The position numbers and the translations under genes were made by a program. Under the pieces are notes generated by a model. The model was not told where the DNA came from, did not search any database, and saw only the letters and a list, made by a program, of their open reading frames with translations. DNA of 48,268 nucleotides from a virus (taxonomy: Duplodnaviria; Caudoviricetes), in IMG/VR virus record IMGVR_UViG_3300044806_000313, positions 1-48,268 of that record. One strand, written 5' to 3'. Each line of letters opens with the position of its first letter. Within the stretch, counting starts at the first letter, position 1. Of the stretch, positions 1 to 10,204 are shown in pieces.

Positions 1-127
1 TGGCTCGTTGATAAAAGAAGTCACGTTCGGCATCGAAAGAGAAATGAAGCTTTCGTTTGCTGAACCGAAAAGCGGCAACGTGCGCCGCAGTGATGGGCAC
101 ATCGCGTCGGCACGCGGGGAAGCGCCC
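1..127. repeat. Exact 127-bp terminal direct repeat (copy 1); circular-assembly overlap
   Basis: Bases 1-127 are identical to 48142-48268; 127 is a common assembler k-mer length. Confidence 0.95.
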
Positions 128-295
128 GCCGTTGACACAGGCTTTTTGACGAATTCGATTTTGACAGAAATGACGGGGCCGCTTGAAGGGCTTGTCACAG
201 TCGGCGCGGAGTACGGCTTTTTCCTTGAGGAAATGCTTGATCGCCCGTTTGTTGAACCTGCGATTGATAAGGCAATTGAGGCGGCGTACAGCTAA
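8..295 (+). CDS. HK97 gp10-like neck/tail-completion protein, 3' part (gene starts at 48083 and spans the junction)
   Basis: Motifs 'GEAPAVDTGFLTNSI', 'AEYGFFLE' and 'RPFVEPA' are typical of gp10-like proteins; the frame is continuous with ATG 48083. Confidence 0.8.
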   Translation: MIKEVTFGIEREMKLSFAEPKSGNVRRSDGHIASARGEAPAVDTGFLTNSILTEMTGPLEGLVTVGAEYGFFLEEMLDRPFVEPAIDKAIEAAYS

Positions 296-780
296 TGGAC
301 TACGACGTTCACGAAACCAAAGCGGCAATCAAAACGGTGATCGAAACGTGTGCGCCAAAGGCTGCGGTTTTTGATTGGTGGGTGTTGGGCGATGACTACA
401 AAAAATGGCCGTCATTGCTGCGCTCGTCAAGTGATTTGGGAAGCAACAACAAGCCGCGCACGCACGGCTACGTGGTTGAGTTTGACCGGGCTTTGCCCTC
501 ATTCAATTCACGGCTTGGCGGTGGCGACACGCAAGAATGGATTTTTAAGATTGTCGGCTTGCACTATCACTTGGTCGCCACGACCGATCATTCAAGCCAG
601 CTCTTTTTAACGGAAGTATTCAAGATTGCGGACGTGTTCAAACGCGAGCCAACGGCAGAAATGGCACTGCCCGCGGCTGTCAATCTGACGCAATCGTACA
701 CATTCAAACATATGGCGGGGCCGCTCGGTGACGAGATGTGTCATCAGCTTTTAGCAGAGTTACGAATCAGACAATGCTAG
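295..780 (+). CDS. Putative tail terminator/completion protein
   Basis: 161 aa; lies between the gp10-like gene and the tail tube gene; TAATG coupling. Confidence 0.55.
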   Translation: MDYDVHETKAAIKTVIETCAPKAAVFDWWVLGDDYKKWPSLLRSSSDLGSNNKPRTHGYVVEFDRALPSFNSRLGGGDTQEWIFKIVGLHYHLVATTDHSSQLFLTEVFKIADVFKREPTAEMALPAAVNLTQSYTFKHMAGPLGDEMCHQLLAELRIRQC

Positions 781-793
781 GTGAGGTAAACAA

Positions 794-1873
794 ATGGCAG
801 ACGTAGCATACAGATATTTTACAGAGTACTTGAGCAAAGCGCCCGAAAGTACTTTCAACACGTCAAGCACGACGGCGGCGGATTACGTGCGCGTCACTGC
901 GCAAGATGCGCTTGAGCCAATCTTGCCGAAAATGCGGCAGATCAAGCGCGGCGATTTGCTCGGTTCGAGCGCTTCGGGTTTGGCGAAAGTTTGCAACGAT
1001 TACTGGACGCATCCAGGCATTCCTATTGCCGACGAGTTGACCGATTTTGACGGCTTCGCGGGCAAGCTCGCGTTTCGCGCTTTGGGCGGCACGCCTGCCA
1101 ATACGCCACTCGACAGCACGGCAGAGCAGTGGGATTGCGCACGCTTGGCGGATACGGTTGCGGCTGGCGACCAGTTGCCGGGAACGTCGGTTATTTCGCT
1201 GCTTGGTTCGGCTTCTTACCGCTTTTCGGGCTGCGTCACTGAGTCGTTTGAGATGATGCAGGAAGGCTCGCGCCCTGTGAAATGGAAGGCCAACTTGGTG
1301 GGCACAGGCAAGCACGCGCACCCACATGGCGTTTCTTCGATTGTCACGACTGAACCAACGCAGAAATGCCCATACGGCCAATCGTCAAAATTCATTTGGA
1401 CAGATGCCGCATCAAGCACGGTTGATTGGTCGAGCACGGGCCGCGTGCGCGGTTGGGGCATCGGGTTTAAGCACAATTTGATTCTGAACGACGAGCGCCA
1501 AGGTGACGGCACGAGCACGCCCACGAGCGGCGGTACGGCTTATCACGTTGGACGCATTCGGCGCGGCAAATTTGAAGTTACTTCGGCTTACGTGAAGCTT
1601 GCGATGGCCGCAGCGGACGTTGCCGAATGGATCGAAGCCAGCAAATCAAGCATTTACACAGATGTGACGTGGCGTGCGCAAGGCGCGTTGATTACAGGCT
1701 CAATTTATGAACGCCTGCAATTCGTCGCAGCCTCTGCGGTGATTGATGCCGAGAATATCAGCATGGAAAACGAGAACGATTTGACCGTGCTCAATATCCC
1801 GCTGCTTGTTCTCAATAACAACATTGCCGCGCAGGTTATCAACCAAACAGCAAGCGCAACGGGGTACGCATAA
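794..1873 (+). CDS. Major tail tube protein
   Basis: 359 aa, beta-rich and Thr/Ser-rich; GAGG RBS; upstream of the chaperone and tape measure genes. Confidence 0.75.
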   Translation: MADVAYRYFTEYLSKAPESTFNTSSTTAADYVRVTAQDALEPILPKMRQIKRGDLLGSSASGLAKVCNDYWTHPGIPIADELTDFDGFAGKLAFRALGGTPANTPLDSTAEQWDCARLADTVAAGDQLPGTSVISLLGSASYRFSGCVTESFEMMQEGSRPVKWKANLVGTGKHAHPHGVSSIVTTEPTQKCPYGQSSKFIWTDAASSTVDWSSTGRVRGWGIGFKHNLILNDERQGDGTSTPTSGGTAYHVGRIRRGKFEVTSAYVKLAMAAADVAEWIEASKSSIYTDVTWRAQGALITGSIYERLQFVAASAVIDAENISMENENDLTVLNIPLLVLNNNIAAQVINQTASATGYA

Positions 1874-1877
1874 ACCT

Positions 1878-2066
1878 ATGGCAAAAGAAAATCCGAAGCA
1901 AAACGAAGAAGCAACGGCGGTCGAAGTGCTGCCCGTTGCTGAGCCGAAAGCGGCAACCACTGCGCCACTCGCGAAGCCGTTGGGCGCTATGACGTGGGAA
2001 GAAGAGTGCGCCTATTACAAGGCACGCCGTCCGCAAATCTTGGGAGAAACGAAAGATGCAAAATGA
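1878..2066 (+). CDS. Small hypothetical tail-region protein (MAKENPKQ...)
   Basis: ATG at 1878 directly after the tail tube stop; overlaps the next start. Confidence 0.6.
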   Translation: MAKENPKQNEEATAVEVLPVAEPKAATTAPLAKPLGAMTWEEECAYYKARRPQILGETKDAK

Positions 2067-2820
2067 TGCGGATAACACAGCGCCGGGCGCACTGTGCGCT
2101 TTAGATTGGCCTTTTTATAACGTCACTTTTGCCTACAACGACGGGGAAGTGACGCACCGGTTGAGACGCCCGCAGCGCCAAGCACGCGACGGCAACGATT
2201 TTGTCAATGAGGCGGTCAAGTTCTTTGCTCTGACAAAGAGCGAGACATTTATCAAGAACGGCAAACGGCGCACGCCTGCGGCAAGCGACGACGCCACGCA
2301 CAATTGGCTTTATGACCGACTGATTAAAGACGTGCAAGGCTTTGAAATGCCGTTCGGTGATGGCTTTTGTGATGAGCTAAACGTTATCTACAAAAAGCAA
2401 GCGCTCAACGCTATGGCGGCTTATCGCGTTGAAATCTTGCACGAGAAGACGCGCCGCACGATGAAGGGCGGGTCATACGTTGTTAAAGCTTGGCACGGGC
2501 CGGAAAGCGCTGAGCATCTTGTCGGCGAATTCACTTTTGATTTCTGGTCGGAGGCAACGAAAAGCGCGTACAAGCGCAGCATTTCAATTGTTGAAGAGCG
2601 GAAAGGTGAAGAAGTTGTCGAAACCGTTGATATGTCAATGTTCGAGTACCTAAAAGTATTCGACGCCTGCATTCAATCGGCTACAGGCTGCGGCGTGACA
2701 GTTGGCGACGAGGTACGCCCGGCAACGGTTGCCGAATTGCGCGAGCATGCTGACGATTTTCTAAAGCTGCGCATCGCCGTGCTGCTTGTCACTCAATGGG
2801 AGCGCGTGCAGGGAAAATAG
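2056..2820 (+). CDS. Tail assembly chaperone (lambda gpG-like)
   Basis: Precedes the tape measure gene; ends CAG GGA AAA TAG with an in-phase slippery heptamer. Confidence 0.75.
   Translation: MQNDADNTAPGALCALDWPFYNVTFAYNDGEVTHRLRRPQRQARDGNDFVNEAVKFFALTKSETFIKNGKRRTPAASDDATHNWLYDRLIKDVQGFEMPFGDGFCDELNVIYKKQALNAMAAYRVEILHEKTRRTMKGGSYVVKAWHGPESAEHLVGEFTFDFWSEATKSAYKRSISIVEERKGEEVVETVDMSMFEYLKVFDACIQSATGCGVTVGDEVRPATVAELREHADDFLKLRIAVLLVTQWERVQGK
2811..2817 (+). promoter_or_regulatory. -1 programmed ribosomal frameshift site G GGA AAA
   Basis: X XXY YYZ heptamer immediately before the stop; the -1 frame is open to 3122; analogous to lambda G/GT (GGGAAAG). Confidence 0.85.
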
Positions 2821-3122
2821 CCGGGGCGGTGGAAGATTGCTTGATGGCTTCGTACCGCAAGCAAAGATACACGCCGCCCGAAGAGGCAGGGGAATCATTT
2901 GTGACAGCGTTATGTGAGCGCGCCGCAGACTTGGCGGTCGAAGCCGAGATTGGCGGCGCGTTCGTTTATCAGCTTCCTTTGTTGTCTGTGTGGGAATGGA
3001 TCGGCTTGCGGGCATTGCGCAACGCAAAGAACAAGCTGAAAGACGAGGAAGCGGCAGCGGACGCAGAGCGCAGGGAAGCGGAACGGCAGCGGGCGGAATT
3101 GGCCGCGAGGTTGGGCGGATAG
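2817..3122 (+). CDS. gpT-like C-terminal extension of the tail chaperone (G-T fusion of about 355 aa)
   Basis: The -1 frame runs from the slippery site to the base before the tape measure ATG. Confidence 0.75.
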   Translation: MAGAVEDCLMASYRKQRYTPPEEAGESFVTALCERAADLAVEAEIGGAFVYQLPLLSVWEWIGLRALRNAKNKLKDEEAAADAERREAERQRAELAARLGG

Positions 3123-6100
3123 ATGCCAGGAAAAGAAATCACAATTCGCGTGGTGTTGGATGATCGGGACGCAAAGCTTCCGAACGTCAACAAAGCCAAA
3201 AACGACCTTGCAGATTTCGGCAATAGTGCGCGCTCGGTTGGCCTCGCGCTGACAGCTGGCATTACGGTGCCGCTTGGATTGATTGCAAAAGAAGTGCTGC
3301 GCGTTGGGACTGAATACCAAAACTCGATGAATCTGTTTCAGGCCAACACGCGAGCGACAGCCGCCGAAATGGTTGCAGCCGGAAACAAAGCCAAACAATT
3401 AGGCGCGGACTTGTCATTGCCGACGACTTCGGCGGGCAACGCTGGCAGGGCGATGAATGAACTTGCCAAGACGGGCTTGAACGTCCAACAGGCTATGGAC
3501 GCGGCACGCGGCACGCTTTTACTGGCAGCAGCCGCGCAAATTGACGAAGCACGCGCCGCAGAGATCACAGGGAACGCGCTCAACACATTCAGCCTTAGAG
3601 CGGAAGAATCGGCCCGCGTGACTGATTTACTCGCGGCCTCTGCCTCCGCATCATCCGCTGAAATCACGGACATTGCGCAAGCGATGCAGCAATCAGGCGC
3701 ATCGGCAGCGGCGCTCAAAATCCCCATCGAAGATTTAGTCACAGGCTTGGGCGAAATGGCGAACGCTGGCATTAAGGGCAGCGACGCGGGCACGTCGTTC
3801 AAGACGATGCTGGCAGCACTCACGCCAAACACGGATAAAGCGGCAGTTGCGTTGAAAGAATTGGGAATCAATGCGTTTGATTCTGAGGGGCGTTTCGTCG
3901 GGCTTAAGACCGTAATCGAGCAGGCGCAGCCCGCGCTTGCCCGAATGACTGACGAGCAAAAGGCGCTCGCCATTGAAACGGCATTCGGCAGCGATGCGCA
4001 ACGCGCCGCAAACATCTTGCTCGGCAAAGGCGTTGAAGCCTGGGACTCAATGTACACGGCTGTCAACAGAGCAGGCGCAGCGCAAGACTTGGCAGCGGCA
4101 CGAACAAAAGGACTCACGGGCGCGTGGGAGGGCTTGAAAAGCCAATTGGAAACGGGCGCGATTGTGCTTTTTGAGCGCATGTCGCCGACGCTCGAAAAGA
4201 TTGTGCGCGACTTGGCGGAGTTCGCGTCAAGCACGATTGATTCAGCCACAGCTTTTGCGAAAGCCAATCCGGGCTTGGCAGATTTTGCGATTAAGTTGGG
4301 CGTTGCGCTTGCAGCTATTGGGCCGTTGGCATTGGGCATCGCGGGCGTTGTCTCCGCTATTGGCTTGCTGAGCGGGCCTGCGCTGGCAATCGGCGGCGTA
4401 TTGCTCGGCATTGGTGCCGGGGCTGCGGCTGCATCGGCTGCGCTTGGCGCGATGAGCGGATCATACAAAGAGCTTTCAGGCACGACAGCCGCGCAGGTAA
4501 TCGAATCATACAAGCTTGTTGATGTGCATAAAAAAGAGATTGCAAACCTTGAGACGTTGGCGCGCAAGGGCTACGAGCAAGGCGACAGTTACAAGCAAAT
4601 CCTTGAAACCTATAAAAACCTTGATCCAGTTTCACGCGCTCGCGTTGATTTGCTTATCAGTGAATCGAAAGAAACGGGCGAACTGACAAAGCTTTCGCAT
4701 TCATTGATTCAAGTTAAAAAGGAATTGCTTGAGCAGGACAAGCAGGCGGCAAAAATCCAGCTTGCTCAGCTTGCAAAAGACTTCTTTACAGCAACGGAAA
4801 ACCTCGCAAAAGCTCAAGAAAAGGTGGCAGAGTTAGGCCGGAGCTTTGATTCGCTCACAAAATATGTGCGCGATTATCAGGAAATGCAGCGGCAAGGAAA
4901 GCTTTTGACCGAGGATCAATTGATCGGACTCGACAGCGCACGTCAGCAACTTTCCGCGTTGCCGAAGCAATACGCGGACGCGACAAGCGAAGCGCGCAAA
5001 TATCAGGCGGAAGTCAAAGGCACGGGCGAACAACTGCACATCTTGTCGGAAGCGCTGGGCGTGTCGAATCGCGAGATCGTACAGAACGCGCAAACATTGG
5101 GCGCTGCGTCTGGCGATATGGTTGATTCGCTGAATGCGCTGTCTCGCGCAGGCGTGCAAGGCGCGGACGCGGCGCGCAAGTTCTCGGCGGCATGGGTTGA
5201 CGCGCAAGAGGAAGCGAAGAAAGCAGGCAAGGCGATCGGGCAGGATTTAGTTTCCGGCTTCGTTGTCGGCATCAGTAGTTTTAAGGGCAAGTCGCTTGAT
5301 GCTGTTACACAATGGATGAAGGACGCTAACACGGCGATGCGCGCCGAAGCTCGCGCCAAGTCGCCAGCCGAAACCACAATTGAACTCGCAAAAGACATTG
5401 CCGATGGTTTGATTGTGGGATTCAAGGCTAAAGCTTCGGACGTGGCAAAGGCGACGCGTGAGCTTATCAAATCTGCTCTTGATGATGTCCGCACGGCATC
5501 AGCGGAAGCGGTTGCATTGGCTAACGCCTCGTTGAAAACGCTGCAATATCTCAAGCAGGCGGAAGATGCGCGAGAGTTTATCGAAGCTCTCACGGAAATT
5601 CGCAAGCTACGCCGCGAGATTGGGCAGGATGAAACGACCGCAATTCCGCGCACACGTGAACTTGCGTTACTCACGCGGCAAATGCTGCAAGAGCAAGCGC
5701 GCAACTTGGCGGACGTTAAAAAGAAAACGGAAGAACAAGCCACCGCGTTACTTGACTTAACCGAGAACACAGGCGACTTGCTCAACGCTGAATTGAGTCT
5801 GGCGCGTGATCGCCGCAATTGGGCGGATCAGCAAACGCAACGTTGGCTTGAATCGCAACGCCAAACAGAGCAAGTCATTCAAGGCATCTCACGCGAGCAG
5901 CGAATCCGCAGCGCGGCAATTCAAGAGGCGGTGCTTGGGCAGCGCAAATTAGCAGATGAAATCATTAGCACGCGGGCCGCAATCGAAAACATCAGCATTG
6001 GCAGCATTGAGCGCATTAAGCTTGCCGAACTGAATGCGCGCCTTGAAATCTTGCAGGCTGATGACAAAGCGCGTCAAAGCATCGTTGCATCGCGTGTCTA

Positions 6101-7343
6101 CATCGCCGATCAAACCGTATTCCATTCTGACCGCGCAACCGCGTCCATTCTCGGTCACTTGGCGAAACAGAAGGGCGTGACGGAATCCGTAGCGGACGCG
6201 TTCATTGGCCTTTATGACAACGTGTTCGGCAAGCTGAATGGTCTCATTGACGGATGGACAAGCAAGCTCGGCATCTTTGGCGATTTTGTCGGCACCATAT
6301 TCAAGGGCATCGTAAACAACATCGCAAACAACGTTCTTGGCTCACTGTTTGGGCAGAACGGCTTGCTGTCTGGGATCGTGAATCGCATAGGCGGCACGCT
6401 CGGCAACGTGTTGGGCGGGATCCTCGGCACAGGTGGCGGCGGCGCGGGCGGTGCGGCTGGTGGCATTGGAAACATCGTCGGCGGCATCTTGGGCATCGGC
6501 GGCGGTGCGACAGGCGGCGCAACAAGCGGTGTACTTGGTGGCATCCTTGGCGCGTTGGGCATTGGCGGTACGGCTTCGATTGCGGGCGGCACGACGGCGC
6601 TGGCAGGCGGCGCGGTTGGTCTTTCGACTATCGGCGCGGGCGCGGCTGGCTTGTCTGGTATCAGCACGACAACCGCACTCGGCACGGCGGCAGGCGCGGG
6701 TACGGGCGGCATTGGCGGCGTTCTCGGCAGCATTGGCGCGTTTGCAACTTCTGGCCTCGGCATTGCAACGTTTGGCATCGGCACAGCGGTTGCGGTTATC
6801 GGCACGTACTTGCTCAAGCGCGCAAAACAGCGCCGCAACGATGAGGAAGCGTCGGGCGTTGCGTTACAAGATGCGGTTGATCTCATCAAAAACACAGCGT
6901 CAGAAATTGACGCGGACAAGCTGCGCTTCGGCACGGATGCTGACTCTCAGACGCTATTGAATGACGGCATTCTTGGGCCGTTCAAAAACTTCATAAATAC
7001 GCTGAAAACTGCCAGCGTGCGTGATTCGCGCCTTACCAACCAAGTGCGCGACTTGGAAAACCTTTACAATGAGCTTGTCGGTGCGGCTATCAAAAGGCAA
7101 CAAGAGCGCCTTGCGGCGGCAGCGGCAAATCCAACCACGACCACAACAGGCACGACGGGCACAAGCGATCCGTTCGCGGGCTTCACGGCTACGCCAACGA
7201 CGATCAGCCTTGACTTAGTTGTGAGGCTTGAGCAGGGAACGGACGCGGCAACGAAGGCGTTCGTGGTGAGCGCGAAAACGAAGGAAGGCCGCGACGTGGT
7301 TGTCGAAACGGTCAAGATTGCGGAAAGCAACGGGGAACTATAA
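3123..7343 (+). CDS. Tail tape measure protein (TP901-type core)
   Basis: 1406 aa, Ala-rich and helical; 'NAGIKGSDAGTSFKTML' motif; hydrophobic Gly-rich segments. Confidence 0.95.
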   Translation: MPGKEITIRVVLDDRDAKLPNVNKAKNDLADFGNSARSVGLALTAGITVPLGLIAKEVLRVGTEYQNSMNLFQANTRATAAEMVAAGNKAKQLGADLSLPTTSAGNAGRAMNELAKTGLNVQQAMDAARGTLLLAAAAQIDEARAAEITGNALNTFSLRAEESARVTDLLAASASASSAEITDIAQAMQQSGASAAALKIPIEDLVTGLGEMANAGIKGSDAGTSFKTMLAALTPNTDKAAVALKELGINAFDSEGRFVGLKTVIEQAQPALARMTDEQKALAIETAFGSDAQRAANILLGKGVEAWDSMYTAVNRAGAAQDLAAARTKGLTGAWEGLKSQLETGAIVLFERMSPTLEKIVRDLAEFASSTIDSATAFAKANPGLADFAIKLGVALAAIGPLALGIAGVVSAIGLLSGPALAIGGVLLGIGAGAAAASAALGAMSGSYKELSGTTAAQVIESYKLVDVHKKEIANLETLARKGYEQGDSYKQILETYKNLDPVSRARVDLLISESKETGELTKLSHSLIQVKKELLEQDKQAAKIQLAQLAKDFFTATENLAKAQEKVAELGRSFDSLTKYVRDYQEMQRQGKLLTEDQLIGLDSARQQLSALPKQYADATSEARKYQAEVKGTGEQLHILSEALGVSNREIVQNAQTLGAASGDMVDSLNALSRAGVQGADAARKFSAAWVDAQEEAKKAGKAIGQDLVSGFVVGISSFKGKSLDAVTQWMKDANTAMRAEARAKSPAETTIELAKDIADGLIVGFKAKASDVAKATRELIKSALDDVRTASAEAVALANASLKTLQYLKQAEDAREFIEALTEIRKLRREIGQDETTAIPRTRELALLTRQMLQEQARNLADVKKKTEEQATALLDLTENTGDLLNAELSLARDRRNWADQQTQRWLESQRQTEQVIQGISREQRIRSAAIQEAVLGQRKLADEIISTRAAIENISIGSIERIKLAELNARLEILQADDKARQSIVASRVYIADQTVFHSDRATASILGHLAKQKGVTESVADAFIGLYDNVFGKLNGLIDGWTSKLGIFGDFVGTIFKGIVNNIANNVLGSLFGQNGLLSGIVNRIGGTLGNVLGGILGTGGGGAGGAAGGIGNIVGGILGIGGGATGGATSGVLGGILGALGIGGTASIAGGTTALAGGAVGLSTIGAGAAGLSGISTTTALGTAAGAGTGGIGGVLGSIGAFATSGLGIATFGIGTAVAVIGTYLLKRAKQRRNDEEASGVALQDAVDLIKNTASEIDADKLRFGTDADSQTLLNDGILGPFKNFINTLKTASVRDSRLTNQVRDLENLYNELVGAAIKRQQERLAAAAANPTTTTTGTTGTSDPFAGFTATPTTISLDLVVRLEQGTDAATKAFVVSAKTKEGRDVVVETVKIAESNGEL

Positions 7344-7346
7344 GCA

Positions 7347-10202
7347 ATGGCGCGTGAGATGCCGGCGGGCTTGCTGGCTTATTTAGAAAAAGGCTTCGCG
7401 GAATCGCATACTACGGCGGTGCTTCAAATCGAAGCGATTGCCGGACAGCCGCGCTTTTTCTATCTCGCAACGGCGGGCGTTGAGATTGACGGCGCAACGT
7501 ATACAGCACGACTGGCACCGGACGGCGCAACATCGGTGCTGCGTCAATCATTGGGCGCTGCCACGGATCGCGCTGAGATTGTGATTGCAGACGCTGACAA
7601 CGGATGGCTTGATACGCTTGGCGAGTACGCGCCATACCTTGACGGCGCACGCATTGACATTGGGCGACTGTGGGTAAATCTCGACAGCGGCCAGCAGTGG
7701 CACAAAGTCTTAATGCGCGGCGTTGTCACAGGCACGAGCATTAACGATGCGCGCACGGTGCTAACGATTGCGAATGAGAATTATGCAGTCGGTGCGATTG
7801 GCGGCGGACGCATTGCTGCGCGTGAGTGCCAATGGATATTCAAATCGCGTCAATGCGGTTACACGGGCGGCGAAGAAACGTGCAACAAGCTTTACGATGA
7901 CGCGGGTGGGTGCGATGGCCGCAGCAATCAGCACAGGTACGGCGGCTTTGTTCAGATTCAAGGAATCAGCGCGATTGACGGCACGGCGGGCAACTCTTTA
8001 CCGCCTGTGTTTGTTTCGCCCTCCGTGGTTGATGGTGGCACGAGTTCAGGCGTTGCCGCGACAGATAGAGCGGCGCTGCAAGCGTTGATTGACGCGCTGT
8101 ATTCGGCAGGCGGCGGCACGCTGCAACTGCGCAGCAATGAATACAAAGTTGATTCAACGGGGTTAGTGCTCAAGGACAATGTGCGAATCGTTGGGGCCGG
8201 AATGGGTCGCACGATTTTGAGCAGCACGGCAAACGCGCCGATCTTAAAAGTTGGCACTACGGCGTTCAATGCGTGCGTTGCTGATTTGACAATCAAGGGC
8301 AGCGTGAGCGCAGGCAGTTCGCAGATTGGCTTGCAAATCGAAGGAAGCGGCGAATATTGGGGCTTTGAGGCGCGCAATCTTTGGATTCAGGATTGCGGCG
8401 ATCACGGCATTTGGGTGGGCGATAATCCTTTCAGCGTCGTCATTGATAACATTCACGTTTCAAACTGCGCCGATTATCCCTTTTTGATTTACGCGCCGAA
8501 TAATCCCGGCGTGGTTTTGCGCAACTGCTACGCGCACACGCTGCGCACTGGTGCCACGGTTGGGTTCAGGATCAAAGCAGGCCGCGTGTTGCTCGACAAC
8601 TGCAACGGGACAGACAACGTGCCTGTGATTAGCGGCACACGCTGGGGCGTCGTTGGCCGCAAAAACGGCGTAGACGGTGACAGCACGGACAGCGGCGCAG
8701 ACGTTGAATTGCGTCATTGCAACATTGAAAGCTTTGACGATTACGGCTTGCTCGTTTATCACGCGTCGTCAATTAACATAAACGGCATCACGCATTTTGC
8801 GGGCACGGGCAACGCCAACCAGGTAGGCATTCAGTTTGATTTGGCGGGCGATGGCTCCGCGTACTTTTCGCAATATCTGCCATTCGGCACACTTGCCGAT
8901 ACAGTCAATTTCGCAGACGGCATAACCGCGTACAAGAACTCGCAGCCGATTCACGCCAACGGATTCGCACCGATTCAAACCAATGGGCAGGGGCCGTATG
9001 CGGGCGGGCCTGCGAATCCCAAAATCGGCACGTTTTACAACGATACGACATCTAAGACAGAACGCCTCCCACGCGCCGACGGCGGGCGTCAGATTCGCAC
9101 GATCACAGCAACCACGACGATTTCACCAGCCGCAGCGCCTGAGTTAATTCTATGCAATCACACGGCAGCAATTGACCTCACTTTGCCTAATGCTTTGTGG
9201 TTTGCGCGTGCGTCTTATTCAATCGAGCTAAAAGACATCTCATCAGCGGGCGCGAGCACTTACAACATCAGCTTGAAAGCCACGGGCGGCACGGTTGAAA
9301 ACGTTTCAACGTACACGTTCGCCGTGTCGGGCGGCGGAATAATCCTTCAGCCGGACGGCTCAAGCAACTGGATGATCGTAGGCGGCTCAACGTGTGTGCC
9401 TTTATTCGATGACGCAGGCAACGGGCGCGTGACGAACGTGCGACGCTACGCCGCGCCGACTACGGCCATTGGCGCGCCCGCGTTTTCGTTCACAGATCAA
9501 TACGGCATGGGCATCACGCGCATCTCTGACCGCATCATGGGATTTGCGACGGAGACGACTACGGGCGCGGGCGGAGTTGAGGCGCTGCGCATTGACGGGT
9601 CAAGCGGCACAATTAAGTCACAGTTTAGTGGAACCGTGGGCATTGGCATTACCGCGAGCGCGACCATCCCGCTCGTAATGTACAGCACAACGGGTCAGGT
9701 CTTTGAAAGCAACACAGACCTGGCGGCGGGCAACGCGTTTATGCTTTTGCAGCATTACGGCTCATCGTCGGGCGGTGGCGCGGGTTTTTTAGCGCGGGCA
9801 GCAAACGGCACTTACGCTTCACCGACGGACTTATCGGCAGGCGACCGCATGGGCTTCGTCATATTTGGCGGCTACGCGGGCGGTGCGATGCGTAACGTAG
9901 CGGCGATGAATGCGCTGGTGGGCACTGGCACAATCAGCGGTTCATCACTTCCGTCTTATTTGCAGTTTATGACCACGCCGGACGGTTCGGTGTCGCGGGT
10001 TGAGCGCGTGCGAATTGACCAGAACGGCGACTTCCTAATGCGCAATGCTGGCTCCACGACCATGACGATCACATCTAACGGCGCGATAAAACTCGCGTCA
10101 TTGGCGGACGCAGACGCGCCAAATAGTTCGCTGTATTTTTCAACTACTTCATCAAAGCCAGCATGGAAAGACGCGGGCGGCACGGTGAATAACCTTTACT
10201 AA
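7347..10202 (+). CDS. Tail tip protein: N-terminal lambda gpL-like domain fused to a pectate-lyase-like beta-helix spike
   Basis: 'CQWIFKSRQCGYTG..CNK..GC..YGGF' resembles the gpL Cys motif; 'DRAALQALID...GGGTLQL...NVRIVGAGMGRTIL' is a typical beta-helix start. Confidence 0.75.
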   Translation: MAREMPAGLLAYLEKGFAESHTTAVLQIEAIAGQPRFFYLATAGVEIDGATYTARLAPDGATSVLRQSLGAATDRAEIVIADADNGWLDTLGEYAPYLDGARIDIGRLWVNLDSGQQWHKVLMRGVVTGTSINDARTVLTIANENYAVGAIGGGRIAARECQWIFKSRQCGYTGGEETCNKLYDDAGGCDGRSNQHRYGGFVQIQGISAIDGTAGNSLPPVFVSPSVVDGGTSSGVAATDRAALQALIDALYSAGGGTLQLRSNEYKVDSTGLVLKDNVRIVGAGMGRTILSSTANAPILKVGTTAFNACVADLTIKGSVSAGSSQIGLQIEGSGEYWGFEARNLWIQDCGDHGIWVGDNPFSVVIDNIHVSNCADYPFLIYAPNNPGVVLRNCYAHTLRTGATVGFRIKAGRVLLDNCNGTDNVPVISGTRWGVVGRKNGVDGDSTDSGADVELRHCNIESFDDYGLLVYHASSININGITHFAGTGNANQVGIQFDLAGDGSAYFSQYLPFGTLADTVNFADGITAYKNSQPIHANGFAPIQTNGQGPYAGGPANPKIGTFYNDTTSKTERLPRADGGRQIRTITATTTISPAAAPELILCNHTAAIDLTLPNALWFARASYSIELKDISSAGASTYNISLKATGGTVENVSTYTFAVSGGGIILQPDGSSNWMIVGGSTCVPLFDDAGNGRVTNVRRYAAPTTAIGAPAFSFTDQYGMGITRISDRIMGFATETTTGAGGVEALRIDGSSGTIKSQFSGTVGIGITASATIPLVMYSTTGQVFESNTDLAAGNAFMLLQHYGSSSGGGAGFLARAANGTYASPTDLSAGDRMGFVIFGGYAGGAMRNVAAMNALVGTGTISGSSLPSYLQFMTTPDGSVSRVERVRIDQNGDFLMRNAGSTTMTITSNGAIKLASLADADAPNSSLYFSTTSSKPAWKDAGGTVNNLY

Positions 10203-10204
10203 TT

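Noticed and set aside
1-127. Biological direct terminal repeat
   Set aside because: The length equals a common assembly k-mer and the repeat falls in the middle of a gene; more likely a circularisation overlap
6400-6800. GGC-rich repetitive DNA
   Set aside because: Explained by the Gly-rich segment of the tape measure protein; no fixed repeat unit
3338-6934. Long antisense and alternative-frame ORFs over the tape measure gene (409, 271, 240, 196 aa)
   Set aside because: Shadow ORFs expected from Ala/Gly-rich, GC-biased codons; no motifs or RBS
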